DNA of 64,000 nucleotides from Perkinsela sp. CCAP 1560/9 (taxonomy: Eukaryota; Protista; Euglenozoa: Kinetoplastea). Within the stretch, counting starts at the first letter, position 1, and each line of letters starts with the position of its first letter. The translations under genes and the position numbers were made by a program. The stretch is from positions 496,001-560,000 of the forward strand of contig CBFFSA010000001.1 in NCBI GenBank assembly GCA_965644495.1. The letters are read 5' to 3'. The notes below the pieces were generated by a model. It made no database searches and had not been told where the DNA came from. It saw nothing but the letters and a program-made list of their open reading frames with translations. Below, one piece after another: positions 31,704 to 41,225 of the stretch.

Positions 31704-32158
31704 CGGTCGAACTTTTGTGTGAATAAGCCACGTTAAACATGAATTCCTTTTTCAAAGCCCATTTTTTGCCGTACAACTGAGGATCACATACGAATTCTGT
31801 TTAGAGAAGCTAGTAGTATATGCAGAAACAAAAGTTTAATTAGAAAAGAGCGTCGCGTAATCACTGAGCAAACAATTACAATATGAACTTGTAAGCATAG
31901 TACATGCCTGGCGAGAAACGAGTATTGCTTCAAAATTTAAATTCGTTATCGAAAGTGTAATGGCAAGGAAATAAATTAATGAAGATTATAAATTTTTTTA
32001 AATAAAAGATGCTTTTGAAAAAAATACGAAGCATTTTTCTGTTTGGGAAATGCAGTAAGGAATCCCAGCGCTTCTATCTACCCCTAATATTCTAATACAC
32101 GACGTTAATAGGCTGCGATGCTACATTTAAAAACATCCGATGGATTGTTCGTTCATGT

Positions 32159-33715
32159 TCACAACTCTACATCTCGTTGAATGCCTTGTCGGAGAAGATT
32201 ACATAGTCTTTTCATGCGCAAGTCGTAGTTTCTGCATGGATCAGCAGGACTTCGGTCTTCATTCACTCTTTCGGTGAAATGTGAGGGTTCTCCTGAATTT
32301 AGAAATACCGGTGAGATCTGAATCGCATTTTGGACAGATTGCACTCTAAAGGGAAAAGCAAGCGCATGAATACTATCTAAAAATTTCTTCCTAGGAGAAG
32401 CGCAGGAGAGGTCAACAGCGTCTGTGTAAGCTCTGCGAATCACTTTTTGTACCCGCTCATCCCACACTATAACATGTCTTATAAAGTGCAGATTCTCAAT
32501 TTTTGATATAATTTCTTCAAATGATTCAGGTTCCACGGACAATGATGTAAGCGAACTGTCTTCTGCTAACGCATTTTGCCGTACTCCTGCTTCCGTTCCT
32601 TGTTGAATTTCCAAACTTTTTTCAGCTTCACCGGTCCACCCCCCATTCTCCGACCTTTGCAAAGTCAAAAGTAACTCGTCGGACATCGAATCACAAAAAT
32701 GAATTATTTCAGAGCACCAATCCTCGTTTTGGTCGCAGAGAGTGCTTTTTTCTTTTGCCGTATCGTGCGACAATCTTACACTTTCAATAAAAGATTTTCC
32801 GATCATGGCAGAACCAACTGCGATGCACAGTATCCCGCACAACACACAGAAAATAGCGAAGCCACGCCCCAGCGGGCTAAACGGAACCAAATCGCCATAT
32901 CCTACAACCGTCAGGGAAGAGATGCAGAACCATAAAGCATCAAGAGCACTTTGAAAAGGACTTTTATGAACGCGCTCGTGATCAAGCAATGAAGGAGAGA
33001 ACGCTTCAGGGGGATACACCATAGATGAGGTCAAAGGTATCGAAATCATTCGTTCCGATATCAAACCACGTACCCACTGAGAGTGAAAACGATCCCAAAA
33101 AGAGATGGAAGCTTCACCATAAAAGATCGCAATGGCTGTCGTCAGACCGATAAGTAATTGCGTCATGCAAAGAAACCATATGACTGAAGCGCAAATCGAG
33201 ATGCTTTTAATAATCTCCGGACAATGAGGTATGCGCAAAAAAATGAGTACCAAACACGATAAATCAGTGACCATGCGGGCGTATATAATCTTTTGATAGG
33301 AACAAAATGATTTAACGAGAACGCAGGAGAAGAAGCATGTCAATAGCAGAGCATTTAAAAGCGGAACAATGCGCGGAACACTGCGACGCATAGTTCGCAA
33401 ATTCCAGGAAAAAAGTGAGTGCAGCTTCCAAGAAAAAGAGTTGAACATGAGATACAATGTACTATACAGTGCCATACATAAATACTCCAGGTAATTTATC
33501 AACGCGTGCTCATCGTCAAAAAAACTTGGAAGACTAATAGTAAAATGCAGTCCCAAGAGTATGACCAGGGTGCTGAGTGAAAGAATGTTGAAATCCAGTT
33601 TTTGGCACATTTGCCCATTCATTTTTCTCATGCAGCCTACCAGAGAAACGTCGGCAATTCTTTTGCTTTTCCTCGTGCGTTTTGTTTCACATACTTCACG
33701 CTTTTCAGTATACAT
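32159..33715 (-). CDS. potassium channel / ion transport protein
   Basis: Multiple TM helices; pore ALWFCISSLTVVGYGDLVPFSPLGR followed by an S6-like helix. Confidence 0.88.
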   Translation of the reverse strand: MYTEKREVCETKRTRKSKRIADVSLVGCMRKMNGQMCQKLDFNILSLSTLVILLGLHFTISLPSFFDDEHALINYLEYLCMALYSTLYLMFNSFSWKLHSLFSWNLRTMRRSVPRIVPLLNALLLTCFFSCVLVKSFCSYQKIIYARMVTDLSCLVLIFLRIPHCPEIIKSISICASVIWFLCMTQLLIGLTTAIAIFYGEASISFWDRFHSQWVRGLISERMISIPLTSSMVYPPEAFSPSLLDHERVHKSPFQSALDALWFCISSLTVVGYGDLVPFSPLGRGFAIFCVLCGILCIAVGSAMIGKSFIESVRLSHDTAKEKSTLCDQNEDWCSEIIHFCDSMSDELLLTLQRSENGGWTGEAEKSLEIQQGTEAGVRQNALAEDSSLTSLSVEPESFEEIISKIENLHFIRHVIVWDERVQKVIRRAYTDAVDLSCASPRKKFLDSIHALAFPFRVQSVQNAIQISPVFLNSGEPSHFTERVNEDRSPADPCRNYDLRMKRLCNLLRQGIQRDVEL

Positions 33716-34106
33716 GAAGGAGTCACATTTCTATAGCCCATAGAGGGCTGTGGTGCTCTTCAGTGGATACAACTCCTGCAATAATGCTATCTCGGATACG
33801 AAATCGGCAACCCATAGGTGTATCACCTATGTTATTAAATAATGTGATTCTGCGGTTCTGATGACATTGATGTAGGTGGGAGTTGAAATCCTAGTATATT
33901 GATCAAAAATTTAAAGTATACCTCCGTAATCGTGCAATCATTTTTGATAAAAAAAAATTGTTTTACATTTTTTGTTTCACATTCAAGAATTTTTTATATT
34001 ACTCAGACAGCGCGGAACAACCATCACACGCATCATACACGCATAGTAAGATTACTTAAAGCGTTCTCTAGTTTCAAAACAAATTTAGGTAAAAGTAAAG
34101 AAATCT

Positions 34107-34640
34107 TTATTGCAGTCGCTTGAGCATCTTCACTACGCGATTGTGCTTCATCATTCCCATTTGTTCACGAACATCAAGAGGGAGTGCTCGCCAATGAGCA
34201 GCAAGAACCCCTAATATACGATGAGGTTGTCGCATATCCATACGCAGATGCGTGGCAGTACGCTCAAAGCGACCAAGAACAAAGGAGGGAAACCCTCTGG
34301 CATCGAGAGGAACTCCGTGCTCATAATGTAAATCGGTATCCCGCTCTGTCGCCTTGGGGGACAACTTCGACTTCTTAGATACCCGTTTCTTTATCTTCAT
34401 TTCCTCACCCCATCGACACATAGATTCTAAATAGGGGCGAACTATTGTGCTCAAAAACTTCTCTTCATCAAAGCGTGAAGGAGAGCTCAAACCTGATGCA
34501 ACTTTCATCACAGAATCTGCTTTTACTTTACTGGTGCTAGATTTACCACGACTTGAAAAAGTGTACATCTGAGAAATAAGGTGGGAGTGAACTCGTAAGC
34601 GGTTGGTGGCAAAGCTTCGCCGAAAAATCTCCGACTGCAT
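34107..34640 (-). CDS. basic mitochondrial protein with degenerate HMG-box (kinetoplast-associated protein-like)
   Basis: Presequence-like N-terminus, Lys-rich, RGFPSFV...RILGVLAAHWRALPLDVRE. Confidence 0.5.
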   Translation of the reverse strand: MQSEIFRRSFATNRLRVHSHLISQMYTFSSRGKSSTSKVKADSVMKVASGLSSPSRFDEEKFLSTIVRPYLESMCRWGEEMKIKKRVSKKSKLSPKATERDTDLHYEHGVPLDARGFPSFVLGRFERTATHLRMDMRQPHRILGVLAAHWRALPLDVREQMGMMKHNRVVKMLKRLQ

Positions 34641-35108
34641 GACTGAATCGTAGTAGTGTAGAAGTAATGTAAGCGAATAAAACTAAAACTTACCCGTGCG
34701 ATGGTGTAGTTCATCAGGTATTAACAATTTATGCTAGCAAATGCTTAGCAAGCACAATCATGAACATGCCAAGTCAGCATTTATCAAACAAGCTAAAACC
34801 ACATGTTCTAGTGCTCCCAAAAATATAACAAAACCATGAAACATAGCTTAGCGTCAAAGATAACAAATTTATTATCATTCCGGTTTGTAAAATTCGTTTT
34901 AGTGACCACAATGTGCATTCTTCATCTTACTAAAGCCTTTCAAACATTCGATCTCTTTTTCTACGACAAGTAAAAACAAATAGCAAATCAAGTTCATACT
35001 ATTTTCCTTAGTCCTGTTTGGCGCTTCTTACATTTCATGACCCTACTGCGTACTACAAACATAAGTGTCCTTATTGCCCCACAACCCCAGGTTATCCTCG
35101 CGTTGTTC

Positions 35109-35705
35109 CTACGCTGTCTTCTCCTCCACCTCCTCCTTGACTTCTCCGCAATCGCGAATGACCACACTCCCCTTGGTCGCCCCAGACTGCGTACCCATCG
35201 ACTCCATCTTTTTCAGCACCTCATCCCCTTTCAGGAGCTGGCCAAACACAACATGTTTGCGGTCCAGCCAGCTCGTCGGGGCGGTGCAGATAAAAAACTG
35301 CGACCCGTTGGTGTTGGGCCCGGCATTCGCCATCGAGAGCGTGCCGGAGCCAAAGTGTCTCCCGGCCTTCCCGCTGAACGACTCATCTTCGAACTTTTGC
35401 CCATAAATGGACTCACCCCCGGTGCCGTTCCCTGCGGTGAAGTCCCCGCCTTGGCACATAAACTGGGGAATCACACGGTGAAAGCTCGAGCCCTTGTAGT
35501 GCAGCATCTTCCCCGTCTTCCCCATGCCTTTCTCCCCGGTGCACAGTGAGCGGAAATTCTCAGCGGTCTTAGGGACGACATCCGCAAACAGCTCAAAGGT
35601 AAGTCGACCGCAGTGAGTGTTGTTGATTGCAATGTCCATAAACACTTTCGGGTTGCTTGGGGACACCGGGTGAAACGCGGCACGGCGTAGGAGGGAGGGA
35701 AACAT
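35109..35705 (-). CDS. cyclophilin-type peptidyl-prolyl isomerase, probably mitochondrial
   Basis: [61 protein letters not shown]; likely start MFPSLLRR at 35705. Confidence 0.96.
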   Translation of the reverse strand: MFPSLLRRAAFHPVSPSNPKVFMDIAINNTHCGRLTFELFADVVPKTAENFRSLCTGEKGMGKTGKMLHYKGSSFHRVIPQFMCQGGDFTAGNGTGGESIYGQKFEDESFSGKAGRHFGSGTLSMANAGPNTNGSQFFICTAPTSWLDRKHVVFGQLLKGDEVLKKMESMGTQSGATKGSVVIRDCGEVKEEVEEKTA

Positions 35706-36302
35706 TGTGGGCGAAGAGAGTAGGTGAGTAAAATGGAACACGAGAAATGGAGTTAAGTTAGTTTGCGGGAAAGAAAAAGTGCTAACGAAAACACGTAAAA
35801 CGTGTTGCTGTAGAACGTGATATATTATTTTAGTTGATTGCGCCATATTTAGGATTAGCTGTTCTTTATCAGTTGAAACTTCTTCTATGAGATGATGATA
35901 AGTACAACCTCATGATAAATTTATCGAGTTCCTCCGGCATCGAAAACTGAAAGATTACCAGAGTCTTACCGGGACCAGAGACAAAGTCCTATGGCATACA
36001 ATGATTCACATATTTAATGAGCAGCACTTTTGAATGGAACAACCGCAACTAGCGAACGGAATAACCGCAACTCGCATCGAGACAGTTATAAAACTGGCAC
36101 TTGAAGAAATGAAATTGTATTTGCATCAAATTCACGAATTCGATGACGCGAAAGTACAGTACACACACACACATGCCGTATATCCGGTGTACCAGAGATT
36201 CGGCCCCAAGTAACAGAGATTTGGCTCGGAAGGTTGGCTCGCCCGTAAAAACTATATCCAAGAAGTTGAACAATGTGAATTTGCAGAAAAATCTATTGAT
36301 CA

Positions 36303-38237
36303 TTAACTAGGGCAAGGTACACACTCCAGCCACCCGGTATGCATATCGGAATCAGCAATGCAAACAGGGTAGGGAAGCCTCTCCCCGACATCATCAAGAG
36401 TGCGACACTCTCGGTTGTAGGGTGGTTTGCACTGAACAAACATTATGTCTTCCTCCACAACCAATAGAGGCATGTGATCCGCATGTAGTGGCTTGTTAAA
36501 TGGAAGTTCAGACCTTTGATCCGACATTGGGTGCTTAGCGCACATGCGGGGTACCTGAGGTGGGGATGGCCTTCGTGCAGGTGACATGTAGGTTTTAAAA
36601 TTCGAGACATATCCTCTGGCGGAACTCAGTAGGCGACGTGTTACAGAAGAACGATGCTCCGACATGTTAGCAGAATACGGTATAGCGATGCCGGCTCGAG
36701 AGGGTGCGACATCATGAGTTTCTTCTTCAACATCGAACTGCTCATTATACGTAATCGGCGAACTTCTAGAAAGACGCGGTTCTGGAGACAATAGCCGTCT
36801 AGATGAGGAATGGGCCCCGGAGCTTCGACTTAAAACGTCAGAAACCGTGTGTCGTTCCAAACTCTCAAAAGAAGAATTCGGTGTTCTACGTTCATGTTGA
36901 GGATCAAAGGTTTCGTTTCTGCGTAGATCTAGTCTGGAGGAGGAATGGAAGTCTCCGAGACCTTCAATTATAGTATCTCCTATAGTATACCAAATAGACT
37001 CATCGTCACTTTCGCTAATCGGGGGAGTGATTACTGGACGATTCCGCGAGTCTACTCCATCTTCAACCTTTTGCTGAAGTTCTTCCGACGCAAGCTCAGC
37101 GCCGACTTTGAAAAGCTCGGAAAGTAAGGATTTCGAATGCGGTTGTGTGTCTGCCTTGGGCAGCTCTTCGTAAAGGAGAGATCCGGGTTTATGTGCTATT
37201 TTGTGATTAGCAAGACTTTCCTTTCCGTCACAGCTGGCTGATTGATGACATTTCTTCTCAGATTTCGTTAAGAATTTATCAGGACGATTTTTCGTGTTGT
37301 AGATGTCAGATCCTCTTTTTGGATTTACAGGTGGAGCGGCTATTTCTCTATCAGGATTCAGTTCTCTCAACGGGGATGGCAAAGCGGGTGCTGCAAAGAC
37401 ATTCGATGATTCCCAGCAACCAAAAAAATGTAGTAGACACTGTGCCAAGTATGTGATGCGTCGCCAGATTCGCGAGAGCAATGTGGGCTTTTCGAGGGCT
37501 ACCTCCTCAATTTCTTCCTCGCTTTCTAATAGTTCCCGACTTCGTAAAAGTTGCACATTCTTATTTTCGGAGTTGCTTGAAACGTTCTCAACATTAACGG
37601 TATGTACGTGTTCATATACGGCTGAGATCATAGTCCTCCATAACTCAGCGTCCTCCCCGTCCATTCCACACAGTGCATCAAGCTGAGCATCTGAAAGCTC
37701 CGGATGGGGTGAACACTGAATCTTTGGTGAATCCATATCCATATTCTTTTTGCTGTGCAAATGAGCGCGTTTATTTCGAATCTTGTTATCATTCAACTCG
37801 TCGTCCAAGCGTTCCATTTGAAAATGCTTCAAATTTTGTGACGAAGGACGCGTTTGAGGTCTCTCCGGGGAATGTTCAGAGTAGGGAAATAACATTCTAA
37901 CACTGTATTCCAAACAACTCCACAAGAATCTGACAAACTGCCTCATAAAATAAAGAATACGGTAAAAAAATGTATCTTCGATGCTAGATACGTCAGCCTC
38001 CATCTTTGAATTGAAATTACTTGAACGATCGCGATCAGTTTTAGCATGAACGACAGGAATACTTGTATAATGAAGCAATGACGGCAAAGTTCTTATGCTC
38101 TTCGAGTGAAAGTGACATTGCATCATACGGTTCTGAATCACCATACCAGACTTGATATACAAAGGGAGATTAGAACCCGAGGAGGGGAGCGATGCTACGC
38201 AAACGATTCCATAGAGCACCGGAAAAAGGAAACGCAT
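36303..38237 (-). CDS. hypothetical protein with signal peptide
   Basis: 644-aa ORF on the cluster strand; hydrophobic N-terminus, low-complexity middle, Cys-containing C-terminus. Confidence 0.65.
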   Translation of the reverse strand: MRFLFPVLYGIVCVASLPSSGSNLPLYIKSGMVIQNRMMQCHFHSKSIRTLPSLLHYTSIPVVHAKTDRDRSSNFNSKMEADVSSIEDTFFYRILYFMRQFVRFLWSCLEYSVRMLFPYSEHSPERPQTRPSSQNLKHFQMERLDDELNDNKIRNKRAHLHSKKNMDMDSPKIQCSPHPELSDAQLDALCGMDGEDAELWRTMISAVYEHVHTVNVENVSSNSENKNVQLLRSRELLESEEEIEEVALEKPTLLSRIWRRITYLAQCLLHFFGCWESSNVFAAPALPSPLRELNPDREIAAPPVNPKRGSDIYNTKNRPDKFLTKSEKKCHQSASCDGKESLANHKIAHKPGSLLYEELPKADTQPHSKSLLSELFKVGAELASEELQQKVEDGVDSRNRPVITPPISESDDESIWYTIGDTIIEGLGDFHSSSRLDLRRNETFDPQHERRTPNSSFESLERHTVSDVLSRSSGAHSSSRRLLSPEPRLSRSSPITYNEQFDVEEETHDVAPSRAGIAIPYSANMSEHRSSVTRRLLSSARGYVSNFKTYMSPARRPSPPQVPRMCAKHPMSDQRSELPFNKPLHADHMPLLVVEEDIMFVQCKPPYNRECRTLDDVGERLPYPVCIADSDMHTGWLECVPCPS

Positions 38238-38538
38238 TCTTATTTGAAACCCATTACATTAGAAAAGAAGAAGTACTTGAATGAAGTGAAGTAAAGAGAT
38301 AATCTTATAGAATAATTTTATAGAGGTTAATAATTTAGAGTGAAATGTTTTGAGAAATATTGAATTACAAAAAAAGTGGAAAAACGCGCGCTTCTGGGGC
38401 CCTCTATTAAAATTTAACCCATTAAAGATATCATAATATCCATATTTTGATGCCTTCGAGTACCCGGTAAACAAAAATAAGCTTTCTAAGAACATTTCGG
38501 AAGAACGTATAGCGTTCATAGAAGACTTACATACGTAG

Positions 38539-38601
38539 ATGTATATACACGTGTACATATGTACACGTACATACACGTACGTGTATACATACATGTACAT
38601 G
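38539..38601. repeat. alternating purine-pyrimidine tract with perfect palindromes
   Basis: ACGTGTACATATGTACACGT (38549-38568) and ATACACGTACGTGTAT (38571-38586). Confidence 0.75.
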
Positions 38602-39064
38602 GATAAATCATACATACAGATGTATGCATCTTCCGATGGTGAAAATCCAAACAGTCATCAAAGGTTAAATGCTGTGGTTAGACGCACCGGTTAAATACTA
38701 GATAAAAAAATAAGTTTTTTTTGCTGTGCCCCCCAACCTAAACTAAAAAGGCAGAAGGATCAGCCTTCTGCTTTGTGCCTTGCGCCGACGACTTCCTCTA
38801 CGGTCTCGCAGATCACAAATATCGCAGATCCCAGGTTCTCCATCGAGCCCTTTTCCTTTCCTCCTCCCTAGCTATTAAAATACTATTAAACCGCTGTCCA
38901 GGGTAATATTCCTGGTAGAAATATTAAGCGGGTACAGGAATTTTTTCTTCGCAAATTGTTTCCCACTAATGGCGCCGCGTATGGCTCAGGCCCGCTCACG
39001 CGGGCCCTCGCCATACCCCCCCTTCGGCTTCGCAAAGACTAACGACGCCGCGTACTGCTGAAAA

Positions 39065-39137
39065 TATCACCGCCGGGAATCGAACCTGCGACCACCAGAT
39101 TATGAAAGGCAGGTCTTACCAACTGGGCTACCTGGGT
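39065..39137 (-). pseudogene. tRNA-Met(CAT)-like element with intact A/B boxes and disrupted stems
   Basis: TAGCCCAGTTGG A box, TT-CAT-AA loop, GGTTCGATTCC B box, TTTT immediately downstream; acceptor, D and anticodon stems pair poorly. Confidence 0.65.
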
Positions 39138-39677
39138 TCGATTCCCGGGACCTACGTTTTTAAGCACCGTGATTTGTGCCCAAATCGAGGATACAAGGGG
39201 GGTTGGACCACCTTTTCTCACCCTGCTAGATCCACCCTACCCCGGACACCATAAAGAAGGGAGAGGCAGAGGTTGTAAACAACCCGCGCAATTTTTATAA
39301 AAACTATAGCTAAATAGTAAAAAGCTGGGCTGTAAATATGAAAAGGTACTGTCACCACCTTTTGGGAAAAGTAGTTTTCTTTTTGGGAAACAACGTTTTT
39401 AGGCAGATTTTCATTCGCTTCCACCCAACTGTTTTTAAGCAAGTAAAAGGAGTGAGGTAAAAATAATTTCGGCAAGTACAAATAAGCGAAACCAGCTCAT
39501 GCATCCCCGCAAAGTGTCCTCGTATCGTTCAACGTTCCAGGTCTAAAAAATTAATATTGAAATCCTTTTTCTATGTAAAGAATATGGACATTGAATTATC
39601 GGTATCCGTAAGTTTTATCCGATATTTTCCGTACGAAGGAAACACACGTTTGGTTTCCAAGTCATATACTTAGTACA

Positions 39678-40307
39678 CTACATAGTATGTATGGCAGAGC
39701 TGTAACTAGTTTTTTGTAATAACTTTCTTTTTTCGTATAGCTTTTCGCTCAGTAGCTTTATTCGGATGCGGTAGGCCTCCCTTATTTTCTCAGTTTCTAG
39801 AACATATTGATCGATGACATTCCGAGTACGAATCCGAGCATTTTCTAGGGGTTGCAGTACAGTAAAAGAGTCAACGAAAGCATGTGAATTATCAAGATTT
39901 TCATGCCTAACAGAATAAACTGCCGACGAAAAGTAATGCATCAAATATTTCAGTTTTCCTCTCAGTACTAGAATCCTGTTTTTTTTGTCTTCCAATCTTC
40001 TGAGAACCTCAACAAAGCTTTGATAGCAACCAAATATTATTTCAGAGAGTAACTCAAGGAACTCGTTTTCTAGAGAGATGAATGAATTTGCATATTCTGT
40101 AATCATCACAAATTTTGAGCGCGTATGACATGCTCCGTCTTCATAACGTTTCGTAATAATGTTTAATTTCGATTGAAGAGTTTGAAGTTTCGTCGCCGTG
40201 AGTATCTCCTTTGTGCTATTTTCCGGCCAGGTTTCAATCTCTGCGTTCCTTTTAGCTTCATCCAAAAAATAAGAAGCATCCTGATTATTCTTCATTGAAG
40301 TAGGCAT
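39678..40307 (-). CDS. hypothetical helical/coiled-coil protein
   Basis: 209-aa ATG ORF on the cluster strand. Confidence 0.6.
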   Translation of the reverse strand: MPTSMKNNQDASYFLDEAKRNAEIETWPENSTKEILTATKLQTLQSKLNIITKRYEDGACHTRSKFVMITEYANSFISLENEFLELLSEIIFGCYQSFVEVLRRLEDKKNRILVLRGKLKYLMHYFSSAVYSVRHENLDNSHAFVDSFTVLQPLENARIRTRNVIDQYVLETEKIREAYRIRIKLLSEKLYEKRKLLQKTSYSSAIHTM

Positions 40308-40447
40308 ACAGAAAGTAAAAACTATGACGAAAATAGAGCATTCTCAAGTAAATATTATGCAATGGAATTGCCCTCTTTTTGCAAAGCATTTCATTCATGA
40401 TAAAAGATCTAGTACAAAGTGGTTTCGTTTAACGTTGGAGAGGCAAA

Positions 40448-40909
40448 CTATTTTCTCAAATACGAGGACCAACGGGTGCGTGAAAATTCCTTCCAATTTT
40501 TATCCATCACCTCAAGAACATCAGCAGTAGCTTGCGGAGGCCAATTTAACTCCTCTTCTGCCTTGGCGAAGTAGTCTAGTATAAACGTCTCTGTTTTGGA
40601 TAAATTGTGATACGCCTCCGGGCTTCTGCATGTGTACGTGAAAATGTCAGCATGATCTTGAATCACTTTCTTAAGTTTCTTGTTGGCTTCTTCTCCTAAA
40701 TCTATCTGCATAGTAATATACCTCGCATAGGTCTGTGGTTCGTTATTGGAGTCAATGAAAGGCTTAAGAGGCTGCATGATGCCTTCATTCGTCAAACTAC
40801 GTATGCAACCCTCATTGTTATAGATAAAGGCGCCCAGAGACCTTAGGTAGTCGGATGTCATGGAATGATTCCGCAAACGCATCACTAGGGCATACGCATA
40901 GAATACCAT
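40448..40909 (-). CDS. MRPS6: mitochondrial ribosomal protein bS6m, kinetoplastid type
   Basis: MVFY..LVM, IRSLTNEGIM, TYARYI..Q.D.GEE and C-terminal NWKEFSRTRWSS, recognised from trypanosome bS6m. Confidence 0.88.
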   Translation of the reverse strand: MVFYAYALVMRLRNHSMTSDYLRSLGAFIYNNEGCIRSLTNEGIMQPLKPFIDSNNEPQTYARYITMQIDLGEEANKKLKKVIQDHADIFTYTCRSPEAYHNLSKTETFILDYFAKAEEELNWPPQATADVLEVMDKNWKEFSRTRWSSYLRK

Positions 40910-41225
40910 TTCATATGTAAAAAATAGGGAAGACGAGATTTAGACTATAAGATCATGTTACGTGGGAATATAACTTTTGTGGGGTGACGTATCAGAGAAA
41001 AGGAAATCTCCCAAAGTAAAATCAAATGAGGCGGTTCTTCACTTAAAAGATAAGACGCGTACAAGAGTCGGTAGAAAATGTTTCACGTGAAAAGCAAGCA
41101 TCTTATTTTGCTTCGAAGCAGTTCTCCGTCTAAGGTATAATGCAATGCCTGATTTCGTTGAGCAATATCATGTTTTATTAATATATCACTCATGAAAATA
41201 TAGGGTATCGAGTTCTTGTTATATT

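Noticed and set aside
35037-35549. Plus-strand ORFs antisense to cyclophilin
   Set aside because: Shadow frames of a conserved, GC-rich CDS
38259-38615. 118-aa minus-strand ORF
   Set aside because: Begins in the RY microsatellite; low-complexity, non-coding character
39065-39137. Functional tRNA-Met gene
   Set aside because: Acceptor, D, anticodon and T stems have too many mismatches to fold
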